A stretch of DNA of 64,000 nt from Gemmatales bacterium. GTDB taxonomy: Bacteria > Planctomycetota > Planctomycetia > Gemmatales > HRBIN36. Where the stretch lies: contig JANWWR010000026.1 in NCBI GenBank assembly GCA_025055835.1, positions 14,220 to 78,219 of the forward strand, written 5' to 3'. Positions within the stretch are counted from its first letter, which is position 1. Every line of letters begins with the position of its first letter. The translations under genes and the position numbers were made by a program. Of this stretch, positions 8,281 through 17,150 are shown in pieces. Under the pieces are notes generated by a model. The model made no database searches. It was not told where the DNA came from and worked only from the letters and a program-made list of their open reading frames with translations.

Positions 8281-9561
8281 ATGCAGATTGGCGTCAGCGG
8301 CGATCATCCCGAGGCCTTGGCCGTCGCGGCTGCGCTGGTTCAGACGGGCAGGCATCGGTTGACCGCAGCCTGCTGTTCCCCGAGTACTCTGGAATGGCTT
8401 GGTCGCAAGGGCATCCCGACGGTGCTCGTGCCGGATCGGGATGCCCTTTTTTCCAATCCTGAAATCGATCTGCTCATCGTCGGCGATGGCCTGGCCGAGC
8501 GGGGTGACGTTCTTCGGCGGGCCGTGCGCTCCGACAAACACGTCCTCTGCGTTCATCCCACCGATCTGCTGCCGGATGTGACCTACGAAGCCGCTCTAGT
8601 CCAGGAAGACACCCGCAAAATGCTGTTACCGATCCTCTGGCACCGCTTGCATCCGGGCCTGAAGAAACTCGCCCAGTTGACTCGCTCAGGTTCTCTGGGA
8701 CAAATGACGCTGGTGGAAGGCGAAATCACCGTGCCGGAGACACCGGCGTCCTCTGCCCTCCCCAGTCCCTTGAAGCCGTCCAAGGGCCGGAAACGCCCGG
8801 AGCCGGTGGATCTCCGCTGGGATGGGCATCCGGTTCTGCGGGTGTGGGAGGTTCTGCGATTCCTGGCGGGGGAAATTACTGAAGTGTCGGCGGTCGGGGC
8901 TGCGGGGGAGCAGTTGGTTCCTACCGACACCCTCACAGTGACAGGCCGATGTCAAAACGGCTGCCTTTTCCGAATCCTGATCGCTCCGCAGCCGACGGGC
9001 CGGGACCGCGTTTTGATTCGGGGGGACAAGGGCGAAGCGGTCCTGACTTCGGAGCGGGGTTTTCTAGGGGCCGCGGAGACGACGTGGCGATACGAAAGCG
9101 AGAGCGGACAGGTGGACTGGATCTGGCAGCCGTGGCCGGATTTCGCTGAAGAAGTGGAGAAGGCCTTGACGGGGCAGATCCCAGCCGTGACCTGGCTTGA
9201 CGAAACTCGCTGCCTGGAAGTCTTTGATGCCGTTCGGCAGAGCGTTCGGCGTCGCCGGGTCATTCCGCTGGACTACGAGGAGGTCAGCGAGGGAGCCAAT
9301 TTCAAGACCGTCATGATCACGCTGGGCTGTCTGACGCTTTTGACCGTCCTGGTGCTTTGCGTCGTTCTTTTAGCACTGGGTCAGCCGCTGGCTCCCTGGG
9401 CCTTCTACCTGTTGCTGCCCTTGCTGTTGATCTTCCTGGCCTTGCAAGTCCTCGGCTGGGCTATTCCGGCTGCTTCGCCGAAAGCCAGCGCTTCGGGGAA
9501 ACAGCCTCTTGTCGGCGAAAGCAAAGTTGCGGACGATGATGCCGAAGCCAAGCCAAATTGA
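8281..9561 (+). CDS. Gfo/Idh/MocA-like protein with degenerate dinucleotide-binding motif and two C-terminal TM helices
   Basis: The layout resembles Gfo/Idh/MocA (MQIGVSGDH...IDLLIVGDG...DKHVLCVHP), but GxGxxG is reduced to GVSGDH. C-terminus TVMITLGCLTLLTVLVLCVVLLALG...FYLLLPLLLIFLALQVLGWAI looks like two TM helices. Confidence 0.55.
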   Translation: MQIGVSGDHPEALAVAAALVQTGRHRLTAACCSPSTLEWLGRKGIPTVLVPDRDALFSNPEIDLLIVGDGLAERGDVLRRAVRSDKHVLCVHPTDLLPDVTYEAALVQEDTRKMLLPILWHRLHPGLKKLAQLTRSGSLGQMTLVEGEITVPETPASSALPSPLKPSKGRKRPEPVDLRWDGHPVLRVWEVLRFLAGEITEVSAVGAAGEQLVPTDTLTVTGRCQNGCLFRILIAPQPTGRDRVLIRGDKGEAVLTSERGFLGAAETTWRYESESGQVDWIWQPWPDFAEEVEKALTGQIPAVTWLDETRCLEVFDAVRQSVRRRRVIPLDYEEVSEGANFKTVMITLGCLTLLTVLVLCVVLLALGQPLAPWAFYLLLPLLLIFLALQVLGWAIPAASPKASASGKQPLVGESKVADDDAEAKPN

Positions 9562-9587
9562 ACTCCGCTTACCGGGAGAAGCTGCCG

Positions 9588-11213
9588 ATGCCCGAACCGA
9601 AACCTCGCACGAGCATTTTCACCTCTCCGTTCTGGGGCACGCTGCTGTACACGCTGCCCGCCGTGGCCCTGATCGCCTTGGCGTACGTTTTCGCCAATTA
9701 TCGCGTCCGCCATGCTCTCGGTCTGCTCTGGCTCGGCTACGGAATCCCGCTCATCATCATCGGCGTCCTGGCCGGGCTGCTGCTGCTTCTGGCCCTCATC
9801 ACAGTGGCGCGCTCGATGCGGCTCACCGATCCGCCCCCGCCGTCCCGCGCCTGGTCCTGTCTTCCATTTCTCGCCGGCATCGTGCTCGCCGGATTCGTCA
9901 CGATGGCCTTCTTGTTCGGCCACCGTCCGGTCTCGGACCTGTCCGATCCCGATCGGCTGACCAACCTGCAAAGCGCCAAACTTGAATCCGACACGGAGAC
10001 GGAATCTTCCAAGGACTGGCCACAATGGCGGGGCCCGCGACGGGACGGCATCTCCCGGGAGACGGGGCTGAACCTCGATTGGAAGGCGACGCCGCCCCGG
10101 GTCCTCTGGGAAAAACCTGTCTCCGGCGGCTATTCCTCTCCCTCCGTGGCCGACGGGCGGGTCTATGTCACCGACCGCGACGGCAAAAATGAACGGGTCC
10201 TGTGCTTCGATGCAGAAACCGGCGAGGAGCTTTGGGTGTACAGCTATCCCAACGACTACGGCAACCTGGAATACGGGGCCGGTCCGCGGGCAACGCCGAC
10301 GGTCCACGACGGCCGGGTTTACACGCTGGGAGCCACTGGCACGTTTCTTTGCCTTGAAGCCACCCCCGCCGACCGCCAGCCCAAGGTGCTGTGGCGACAT
10401 GATCTCATGGACGAACTGGACACCGAACCGCCTCGCTGGGGCGTCGCTTCTTCGCCGTTGATTGAAAAAGACCTGGTCATCGTTATGCCGGGAGGGCCGA
10501 ACGGCTGCGTGACCGCTTTCGACCGGGTTTCTGGAAAGCTGGTGTGGAAGGCGCTCGGCGACGTCGGCGGCTACAGCTCGCCGATTGCCTGCACGGCTGC
10601 GGGTGCTCGGCAGATCATCTGCCTGACCGGCGAGGCATTGCACGCACTCAAGCCTGAAGATGGCTCGGTGCTCTGGTCCTACCCCTGGGTCACGACCTTC
10701 GAGGGCAACATCGCCACGCCCATCGTCGCTGGAAACTACGTCTTCATTTCCTCCAGTTACAACAAGGGCTGCGCTCTGCTGGAAATCTTCAACGACGGCG
10801 GCAAGTTCCGAGCGGAACCGGTCTACGTCCGGGCCAACAAACTGATGCGCAACCACCATTCGACCTGTGTTCTCGTGGACGGCTATCTGTACGGCTTCGA
10901 TGTCAACACGAACAACAACACCGCGTTTCTGCGATGCGTCGATTTCCGCCGGGGTGAGGAACGCTGGGCTGACCGCTCCTTGACCAAAGGCTCGCTCATC
11001 TTCGCCGACGGCTGCCTTCTCATCCAGACTGAGGACGGCCAACTAGTCGTCGTCGAGGCCACGCCGGAGGGATTCCGAACCCGCGGCGAAATGAAGGTCT
11101 TCGACAGCTTTCAAACCTGGGCAACGCCGGCTTTGGTCCACGGTCGGCTCTATGTGCGGGACGGGAAACGGCTGCGTTGTCTGGACCTGCGTCCGCCAGC
11201 CAAAGGCCCATGA
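9588..11213 (+). CDS. PQQ-like (BamB-type) beta-propeller repeat protein with about 4 N-terminal TM helices
   Basis: DWPQWRGPRRDGISRETGL...VLWEKPVSGGYSSPSVADGRVYVTD... is the typical PQQ-like repeat entry. ATG 9588 has GGGAGAAG upstream. An alternative TTG at 9558 overlaps the upstream stop (ATTGA). Confidence 0.8.
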   Translation: MPEPKPRTSIFTSPFWGTLLYTLPAVALIALAYVFANYRVRHALGLLWLGYGIPLIIIGVLAGLLLLLALITVARSMRLTDPPPPSRAWSCLPFLAGIVLAGFVTMAFLFGHRPVSDLSDPDRLTNLQSAKLESDTETESSKDWPQWRGPRRDGISRETGLNLDWKATPPRVLWEKPVSGGYSSPSVADGRVYVTDRDGKNERVLCFDAETGEELWVYSYPNDYGNLEYGAGPRATPTVHDGRVYTLGATGTFLCLEATPADRQPKVLWRHDLMDELDTEPPRWGVASSPLIEKDLVIVMPGGPNGCVTAFDRVSGKLVWKALGDVGGYSSPIACTAAGARQIICLTGEALHALKPEDGSVLWSYPWVTTFEGNIATPIVAGNYVFISSSYNKGCALLEIFNDGGKFRAEPVYVRANKLMRNHHSTCVLVDGYLYGFDVNTNNNTAFLRCVDFRRGEERWADRSLTKGSLIFADGCLLIQTEDGQLVVVEATPEGFRTRGEMKVFDSFQTWATPALVHGRLYVRDGKRLRCLDLRPPAKGP

Positions 11214-11255
11214 TGGCACCATTCCGAGAGAACAAACAGCCGCAAACGTCGGCTC

Positions 11256-11960
11256 TCACAGTGTCTCGGCATAGCGGATCGGATCGGGCAGGCCCGCCTC
11301 GGCAAAGCCTTTGAGACGGAGTCGGCAACTGTCGCAGCGCCCGCAAGCGGTCCCGTCCGGCAGCGGATCGTAGCAACTGTGGGTCAGACCGAAGTCCACT
11401 CCCAATCGGGTGCCTTCCAGAATGATTTCCCGCTTGGTCAGAGTGATGAGCGGAGTGTGGATGCGGAAGACGCCTCGCCCTTCAACGCCAGCCTTGGTTG
11501 CCACTTGCGCCAGTTGTTCAAACTGGCGAATGAACTCCGGACGACAATCGGGATAGCCGGAGTAGTCCAGGGCGTTGACGCCGATAAAGATGTCGAACAA
11601 CTCGGCAGTTTCCGCATAGGCCAGGGCGAGACTCAAAAAGATCGTGTTGCGTGCCGGGACGTAAGTGATCGGAATGCCCTCGGCAATGGCTTCGTGGGGC
11701 CGGTCTTTGGGCACTTCCAGATCGGCGGTGAGAGCGGATCCGCCGATGGCCCGCAGATCGACGGCTACCTCGACATGGCGAACGACTCCCAGCGACCGGG
11801 CTACCCGTCGAGCGGCTTCGAGTTCGATGGCGTGACGTTGGCCGTAGCGGACCGTCAGGGCGTGACAGGCGAACCCCTGATGCCGGGCCACGGCCAGGGT
11901 CGTCGCGCTGTCCAGTCCGCCGCTGACCAGCACCACAGCGGACCGCCCGGTTTCTGTCAT
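11256..11960 (-). CDS. queC: 7-cyano-7-deazaguanine synthase
   Basis: [17 protein letters not shown] (PP-loop SGGxDS) and a C-terminal Zn-binding cluster, [20 protein letters not shown]. Confidence 0.92.
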   Translation of the reverse strand: MTETGRSAVVLVSGGLDSATTLAVARHQGFACHALTVRYGQRHAIELEAARRVARSLGVVRHVEVAVDLRAIGGSALTADLEVPKDRPHEAIAEGIPITYVPARNTIFLSLALAYAETAELFDIFIGVNALDYSGYPDCRPEFIRQFEQLAQVATKAGVEGRGVFRIHTPLITLTKREIILEGTRLGVDFGLTHSCYDPLPDGTACGRCDSCRLRLKGFAEAGLPDPIRYAETL

Positions 11961-12017
11961 CAGCCGCGCGCCTCCCACGCTGATACACTAGCCAAAAACA
12001 TCTCCGGAGAACGAGAC

Positions 12018-12443
12018 ATGAGTACCAGCACGGCTCCCGACGCCTCGCAGTTGGAAACCTTTCCCAATGCCTATCCGCAGCGGCATTATACCATCGAGAT
12101 CGTCTGCCCGGAGTTTACCAGCGTCTGCCCGCGCACCGGGCAGCCAGACTTCGGAACCATCATCATCACCTATGTGCCGCGGGAGAAGTGCGTCGAACTC
12201 AAATCCCTGAAGCTGTACCTGCAACGGTATCGCAATCAGGGCATCTTCTACGAAACCGTGGTCAATCGCATCCTGGATGATTTTGTGCAGGCCTGTCAGC
12301 CGGCGTTGTGCGAGGTTGTTGGCGAGTTCAACCCCCGGGGCGGCATCACGACGACGGTGACGAGCACCTACGAAGCCGCTTTCGTTCCAGATTCTGCCAA
12401 GCCAAAAAAGGCTCGCAAAGGCCGCCGCACCTCGCCCCGGTGA
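12018..12443 (+). CDS. queF: NADPH-dependent 7-cyano-7-deazaguanine reductase (unimodular type)
   Basis: [14 protein letters not shown] (catalytic Cys) and the QueF motif [18 protein letters not shown] 12018 lies after GGAGAA. Confidence 0.92.
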   Translation: MSTSTAPDASQLETFPNAYPQRHYTIEIVCPEFTSVCPRTGQPDFGTIIITYVPREKCVELKSLKLYLQRYRNQGIFYETVVNRILDDFVQACQPALCEVVGEFNPRGGITTTVTSTYEAAFVPDSAKPKKARKGRRTSPR

Positions 12444-12557
12444 AACTGCCGCCCGGCCGTTCCAATTTTCTCTTAAATGTCCCAGGGGCCGCAGCGAATT
12501 GAGAAGCAGACCCAACAGAGCCGAAATCCCGGCCCGTTGCAGGAAAGGGGCGGAATC

Positions 12558-12983
12558 ATGATGGCCGTATCGCAATGTCCGACCTGCCGTGAAGATGTCC
12601 GCATTCCCCGAGACTTATTCGGTTCGCTGGTCCGCTGTCCGATCTGCTACTGCGAATTTGTCGCCCCGGAGCGACTTTCCGCAGCTGCTCTAGACGATGG
12701 AGAACTAGACGATGGAGAGTCGGATCCTCGGGACGAGGATGGGAAAGAGGCGGAACCCCGATCCGGTCCCGATGCCGATGGCTCCGACCCGGAAAACGGG
12801 TTTTGCTGTCCGTCCTGCGGTTCCACGCAGGCACCCGGTGTGACAAAGCGAATTTCGACAGCCGGCTGGATCACCTTTGCGGTGCTTCTCGTCACGTTCT
12901 GGCCCCTCTTCTGGATCGGCCTGCTTATCAATGAGGAAGTCAAGCAGTGCCGCCAGTGCAGGCGGGTCATCGCCAACGCCTGA
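12558..12983 (+). CDS. Zinc-ribbon protein with C-terminal LITAF-like CxxC - hydrophobic helix - CxxC module
   Basis: N-terminal CPTC...CPIC ribbon, an acidic linker, then CPSC-x15-AGWITFAVLLVTFWPLFWIGLLI-x7-CRQC. AGGAAAGGGG SD lies before ATG 12558. Confidence 0.6.
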   Translation: MMAVSQCPTCREDVRIPRDLFGSLVRCPICYCEFVAPERLSAAALDDGELDDGESDPRDEDGKEAEPRSGPDADGSDPENGFCCPSCGSTQAPGVTKRISTAGWITFAVLLVTFWPLFWIGLLINEEVKQCRQCRRVIANA

Positions 12984-13032
12984 AGCAACGGCGGAGCGAT
13001 TCACGGCACCGTGGGACTGATAAACTGAGTCC

Positions 13033-15345
13033 ATGATGCCAACCCGTGACGAGTTAGCCGAACGCTATCTGGAACAGCTTCCCTACCCGCCCTACCCAGT
13101 TCAGGAAGAGGCCCTGCTGGCCTGGTTCACTGAGGAACAGGGCGTGCTTGTCTGCGCCCCCACCGGCACGGGCAAGACGCTGATCGCTCATGCCGCGCTG
13201 TTCGAGGCCCTCCATACCGGCACCGTCGCCTACTACACCACACCGCTGATCGCGCTGACCGAGCAGAAATTTCACGAGATGCAGGAGTGCGCCCAGCGGT
13301 GGGGCTTCTCGGCCAGCGATGTCGGCCTCGTCACCGGTAATCGGCGAGTCAATCCCGACGCCCGAATTCTCGTCGTGGTCGCCGAAATCCTTCTGAACCG
13401 ACTTCTGCACCCGGAAGGATTCGACTTCAGCCAGGTCTCCGCCGTGGTCATGGACGAGTTTCACAACTTCGCCGATCCAGAACGAGGCATCGTCTGGGAG
13501 CTGACGCTGGGCCTGCTGCCACCGCATGTCCGTTTGCTGCTGTTGTCGGCGACGGTCGGGAATGCCGCCGAGTTCGTCGCCTGGCTCGATCACCGCCACG
13601 GCCGCAGGGTGCATCTCGTTGAAAGCCGTGATCGCAAGGTGCCTCTGACCTATCAGTACGTTCCCGATCGCTTCCTCAACGAATTGCTCGTGGAAATGGC
13701 CAAGGGCGATCCGGAGACCCGCAAAACGCCAGCCTTGGTGTTCTGCTTCAACCGCGATGAGTGCTGGAGCGTGGCGGAACAGCTTAAAGGATTGGACCTG
13801 CTCGACGGAGCGACGCGTCATCGGCTTCAGAAGGAGGTGGACGCTCTCGATTGGAAGGATAGCGTCGGGCCGAAGCTCAAGCAGATGCTGCGGCGTGGGG
13901 TTGGCATCCATCATGCGGGGCTGTTGCCGAAGTATCGGCGGGAAATCGAACGGCTCTTTGAACGGAAGCTGCTGGCCGTTGCTGTCTGCACGGAAACCTT
14001 GGCAGCCGGGATCAACCTGCCGGCGCGCTCGGTCGTGCTGACTTCGCTGGTCAAGGGGCCAAGCGGCAAGCAGAAGCTGATCGACTCCAGCACCGCCCAC
14101 CAGATCTTTGGTCGCGCCGGTCGTCCGCAGTACGACAAGGAAGGATTCGTCTTCGCCCTGGCTCATGAAGACGATGTCCGCATCCATCGCTGGCAGCAGA
14201 AGTACGACCAGATTCCCGAGGACACCAAGGATCCGCTCCTTCTCAAGGCCAAAAAGGAACTCAAACGCAAAAAGCCGACCCGAAGCGAGAAACAGACCTA
14301 CTGGTCCGAGAGCCAGTTCGAGAAGCTCAAGCATGCTCCGCCCGGTCGGCTGTACAGCAAGGGGCCGCTGCCGTGGCGGCTGCTGGCCTATCTTCTCAAG
14401 GTATCACCGGAAGTGGACCGCATTCGGGCCGCATTGCGGAAGCGGCTCATGGACGAGTCGCGCATCCTGGCCGGGGAACGCCAGATGGAACGGATGCTGA
14501 TCGCCCTGGCCAAAGCCGGCTACGTCGTGCTGGAACCCGCCCCTCCCGATCACCCATCGGAAAAGAACGGTGACCCGGACGCAGCCAGGAATGCGGAGAG
14601 CGACCACGAACCTTACCGGCCCGTGCTGGCGACGCCGACGGAACAGTTGGATCGCTTGCTCGTTTTTCGCAGCGTCCATCCGATCTATGGTGCGTATCTT
14701 GTTGACTTGCTGGGAATCGCCGATCAGGACGAGCGGATCCAGGCTTTTGAAAGCGTTCTGGAGATGCCGCGAACGGTGCTGCGGTATGTCCGAGTGCCGC
14801 CCCAGGATGTTCTCCCTCCCGGTCCCCTGGCATGCACTCGCCTCGACCCGGAACTTATCCAACGGGGCCTCATCGCCGCTCCCCTCGCTGCCAGGCACGA
14901 AGAGGACGAGTTCGAGGACGAGGATGACGGAGGCGACTTCTGGCAGGAACGGCCTCCGTGCCTGGCCGACAAACTGCGGCTGCTTTTCGAGGCGTGGTAT
15001 CCCGACGTGGACGACGTCAATACCGAAGCAGTCTGGTCCGCCGGGGAACTGCTTCGTTATGGCGGCGATTTCATCAAGTACGTCACGACGAACAATCTGT
15101 CGAAGCAGGAGGGAATCATCTTCCGCCACCTGCTGCGGTTGATTCTGCTTCTGGGCGAGTTTGCCAAACTGACCCCGCCGGGGGTGTCCCCGGAGAGTTG
15201 GCAGGCGGAATTACGTGATCTTGCCGAGCGTTTCACCGCGAGTTGTCGGGCCGTTGATCCGACCAGCACCGATGAGTTGATCGAGCAGGCTCAGGCGGCG
15301 GACGTCGTGGAAGGCGAAGCCCATGCCGCCATGCAATCGACCTGA
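13033..15345 (+). CDS. Ski2-like DEAD/DEAH-box (DExH) helicase, SF2
   Basis: Walker A CAPTGTGKT, DEFH box (VVMDEFHNF), SAT, and motif VI QIFGRAGRPQYD. The C-terminal region (GDFIKYVTTNNLSKQEGIIFRHLLRLILLL) resembles the Ski2/HelY-type C-terminal domain. Confidence 0.85.
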   Translation: MMPTRDELAERYLEQLPYPPYPVQEEALLAWFTEEQGVLVCAPTGTGKTLIAHAALFEALHTGTVAYYTTPLIALTEQKFHEMQECAQRWGFSASDVGLVTGNRRVNPDARILVVVAEILLNRLLHPEGFDFSQVSAVVMDEFHNFADPERGIVWELTLGLLPPHVRLLLLSATVGNAAEFVAWLDHRHGRRVHLVESRDRKVPLTYQYVPDRFLNELLVEMAKGDPETRKTPALVFCFNRDECWSVAEQLKGLDLLDGATRHRLQKEVDALDWKDSVGPKLKQMLRRGVGIHHAGLLPKYRREIERLFERKLLAVAVCTETLAAGINLPARSVVLTSLVKGPSGKQKLIDSSTAHQIFGRAGRPQYDKEGFVFALAHEDDVRIHRWQQKYDQIPEDTKDPLLLKAKKELKRKKPTRSEKQTYWSESQFEKLKHAPPGRLYSKGPLPWRLLAYLLKVSPEVDRIRAALRKRLMDESRILAGERQMERMLIALAKAGYVVLEPAPPDHPSEKNGDPDAARNAESDHEPYRPVLATPTEQLDRLLVFRSVHPIYGAYLVDLLGIADQDERIQAFESVLEMPRTVLRYVRVPPQDVLPPGPLACTRLDPELIQRGLIAAPLAARHEEDEFEDEDDGGDFWQERPPCLADKLRLLFEAWYPDVDDVNTEAVWSAGELLRYGGDFIKYVTTNNLSKQEGIIFRHLLRLILLLGEFAKLTPPGVSPESWQAELRDLAERFTASCRAVDPTSTDELIEQAQAADVVEGEAHAAMQST

Positions 15346-15356
15346 TCTGCGGCCCC

Positions 15357-16016
15357 TCAGCCGCGCAGCGTGTTGATGCCGGCAGTAATTCCCTGGGGAT
15401 GGCGGAAGACGGCCGTTCCTGCAACGAGAACCCGAGCACCGGCGGCGATCACCTTCGGGGCCGTCTCGGCGTCAATACCACCGTCCACCTCCAGTTCCAC
15501 ATTAGGCCGTGCGCGGTCCAGCCAATCCCGAAGACGGCGAATCTTGGGCAAAGTGCTCTCGATGAATCGCTGTCCGCCAAAGCCGGGATTGACCGTCATG
15601 ATCAGGACCAAATCCACGTCCCCGAGGACTTCCTCCAATACCATCGCAGGAGTAGCCGGATTGATCGCCACCCCGGTCTTCAGCCCCAGCCCCCGAATGC
15701 GATCCAGAGCGCGTTGCAGATGCACCGAGCCTTCCCAATGGACGATCAGGGTCGTGGAACCCGCTTCCGCGAAGTGCTCCAGGAAGCGATCCGGCTCCTC
15801 GACCATGAGATGCGTTTCCAAGGGCAGGCGGGTCACCGCCCGCAGGGAGCGAATCACCGGCGGACCGAACGTGATGTTGGGGACGAAGTGCCCGTCCATG
15901 ACGTCGAGATGAAGGCGGTCGGCACCAGCCTTTTCCGCCTCACGGACCTGATCGCCGAGCCGGGCGAAGTCCGCGGCCAGAATTGAGGGAGCAATCCGAA
16001 TCGGAGCCTGGGTCAT
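15357..16016 (-). CDS. rpe: Ribulose-phosphate 3-epimerase
   Basis: IAPSILAADFARLGDQVREAEKAGADRLHLDVMDGHFVPNITFGP...MTVNPGFGGQ. Confidence 0.93.
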   Translation of the reverse strand: MTQAPIRIAPSILAADFARLGDQVREAEKAGADRLHLDVMDGHFVPNITFGPPVIRSLRAVTRLPLETHLMVEEPDRFLEHFAEAGSTTLIVHWEGSVHLQRALDRIRGLGLKTGVAINPATPAMVLEEVLGDVDLVLIMTVNPGFGGQRFIESTLPKIRRLRDWLDRARPNVELEVDGGIDAETAPKVIAAGARVLVAGTAVFRHPQGITAGINTLRG

Positions 16017-16058
16017 GATCTCTCCGCGACCTGATTTTCGTAGGTCAACCCAAAAGAA

Positions 16059-17117
16059 TCAGTGTCCGCCGAACTTGCGGCGCATCGCCTGCATGATCCG
16101 CCAGGCGAAATCCTCCTGGTCTCTCGAGGCGAAGCGTGAGAACAGAGCGGCACTGAGGACCGGAGCGGGAACGCCGATTTCGACGGCGGTCTGAAGCGCC
16201 CAGCGTCCTTCTCCCGAATCGGGCACACCGTGCTGCGACACCGTCTCGCCGTCTCGATTCAGCTCGGCATCTTCCGCCAAGGCCGATGCCGTCAGGTCGA
16301 GCAGCCAGGAGGGGATGACGCTGCCGTGACGCCACAACTCCGCGATGGCGGCCAGATCGAATTTGTATCGGAAGCACTCCGGCTGCCGTAGGGGCGTCGC
16401 CTCGGCACTGGCCGAATCCGGAGGCGTCAGGCCGACGTCGGCGTGTTTCAGGATGTTGAAGCCTTCGGCGTACGCCGCCATTAACCCGTACTCGATGCCG
16501 TTATGGACCATCTTGACGAAGTGACCCGCTCCTGGCGGTCCGCAATGGAGATAGCCTGCGGAGGCGGTTTGCCGGGACATTTCCGTTCCAGATAATGACA
16601 CAGGCTTGTCAGGCCCCTGTTTTTCCCCCGGCAAAAGTCCGTCTTTGTGCGGAGCCAAGGCCCGGAAAACCGGCTCCAGACGTCGCACCGCCTCGGGTTC
16701 GCCGCCGATCATCAAGCAGTATCCGCGCTGCCTTCCCCAAATCCCTCCCGAGACGCCGACATCGACATAGGCGATTCCGCGCTCGGCCAGGACCTTTGCC
16801 CGTCGGATGTCGTCGGCGAAGTGCGAATTGCCCCCGTCCACAAGAGTGTCCCCGGGTCCCAGCAGCGGCGCGAACCGATCAACACTGGCATCCACCACGC
16901 CAGCCGGAACCATCAACCAGACGATCCGCGGCGGCAAAAGCCGGGCGACCAGATCCTCAGGACTGCTTGCTCCTTCGATGCATTCGCCGCCCCTCTGAAC
17001 GGTTTCTTGAATCGCCTCGGCCCGGGCATCGAAGACAACGCTGCCGATGCCGCCTTGGGCCAGCCGCCAGACCATGTTGCGGCCCATTCGTCCCAGTCCG
17101 ACCATGCCGATACGCAT
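16059..17117 (-). CDS. gnd: 6-phosphogluconate dehydrogenase (decarboxylating), short GntZ/YqeC-like type
   Basis: MRIGMVGLGRMGRNM Rossmann entry and the GAGHFVKMVHNGIEYGLM signature. ATG at 17117. Confidence 0.88.
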   Translation of the reverse strand: MRIGMVGLGRMGRNMVWRLAQGGIGSVVFDARAEAIQETVQRGGECIEGASSPEDLVARLLPPRIVWLMVPAGVVDASVDRFAPLLGPGDTLVDGGNSHFADDIRRAKVLAERGIAYVDVGVSGGIWGRQRGYCLMIGGEPEAVRRLEPVFRALAPHKDGLLPGEKQGPDKPVSLSGTEMSRQTASAGYLHCGPPGAGHFVKMVHNGIEYGLMAAYAEGFNILKHADVGLTPPDSASAEATPLRQPECFRYKFDLAAIAELWRHGSVIPSWLLDLTASALAEDAELNRDGETVSQHGVPDSGEGRWALQTAVEIGVPAPVLSAALFSRFASRDQEDFAWRIMQAMRRKFGGH

Positions 17118-17150
17118 GTGACCCACCCCCGTTTGCGGGCCGCACGAGCC

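Noticed and set aside
9405-11042. 545-aa ORF on the minus strand
   Set aside because: It is opposite the PQQ-propeller gene, so it is a shadow frame. The same reasoning applies to 448-1632(+), 7528-8556(-), 13054-14334(-), 16647-18203(+), 39752-41245(-), 52304-53551(+), 53558-55141(+) and 61542-62546(-).
11961-12017. Possible preQ1 riboswitch in front of queF (CUAGCC...AAAAAC... followed by GGAGAA)
   Set aside because: I could not build a P1 stem or pseudoknot by eye. The whole divergent region is only 57 nt, too short for two promoters plus an aptamer. An Rfam scan would settle it.
12558-15345. Zinc-ribbon + helicase as an anti-phage defence system
   Set aside because: There is no nuclease, methyltransferase, TIR/SIR2, protease or other effector-type domain, and no mobile-element context. 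The helicase looks like a housekeeping Ski2/HelY-type enzyme. The pairing is reported only as a curiosity.
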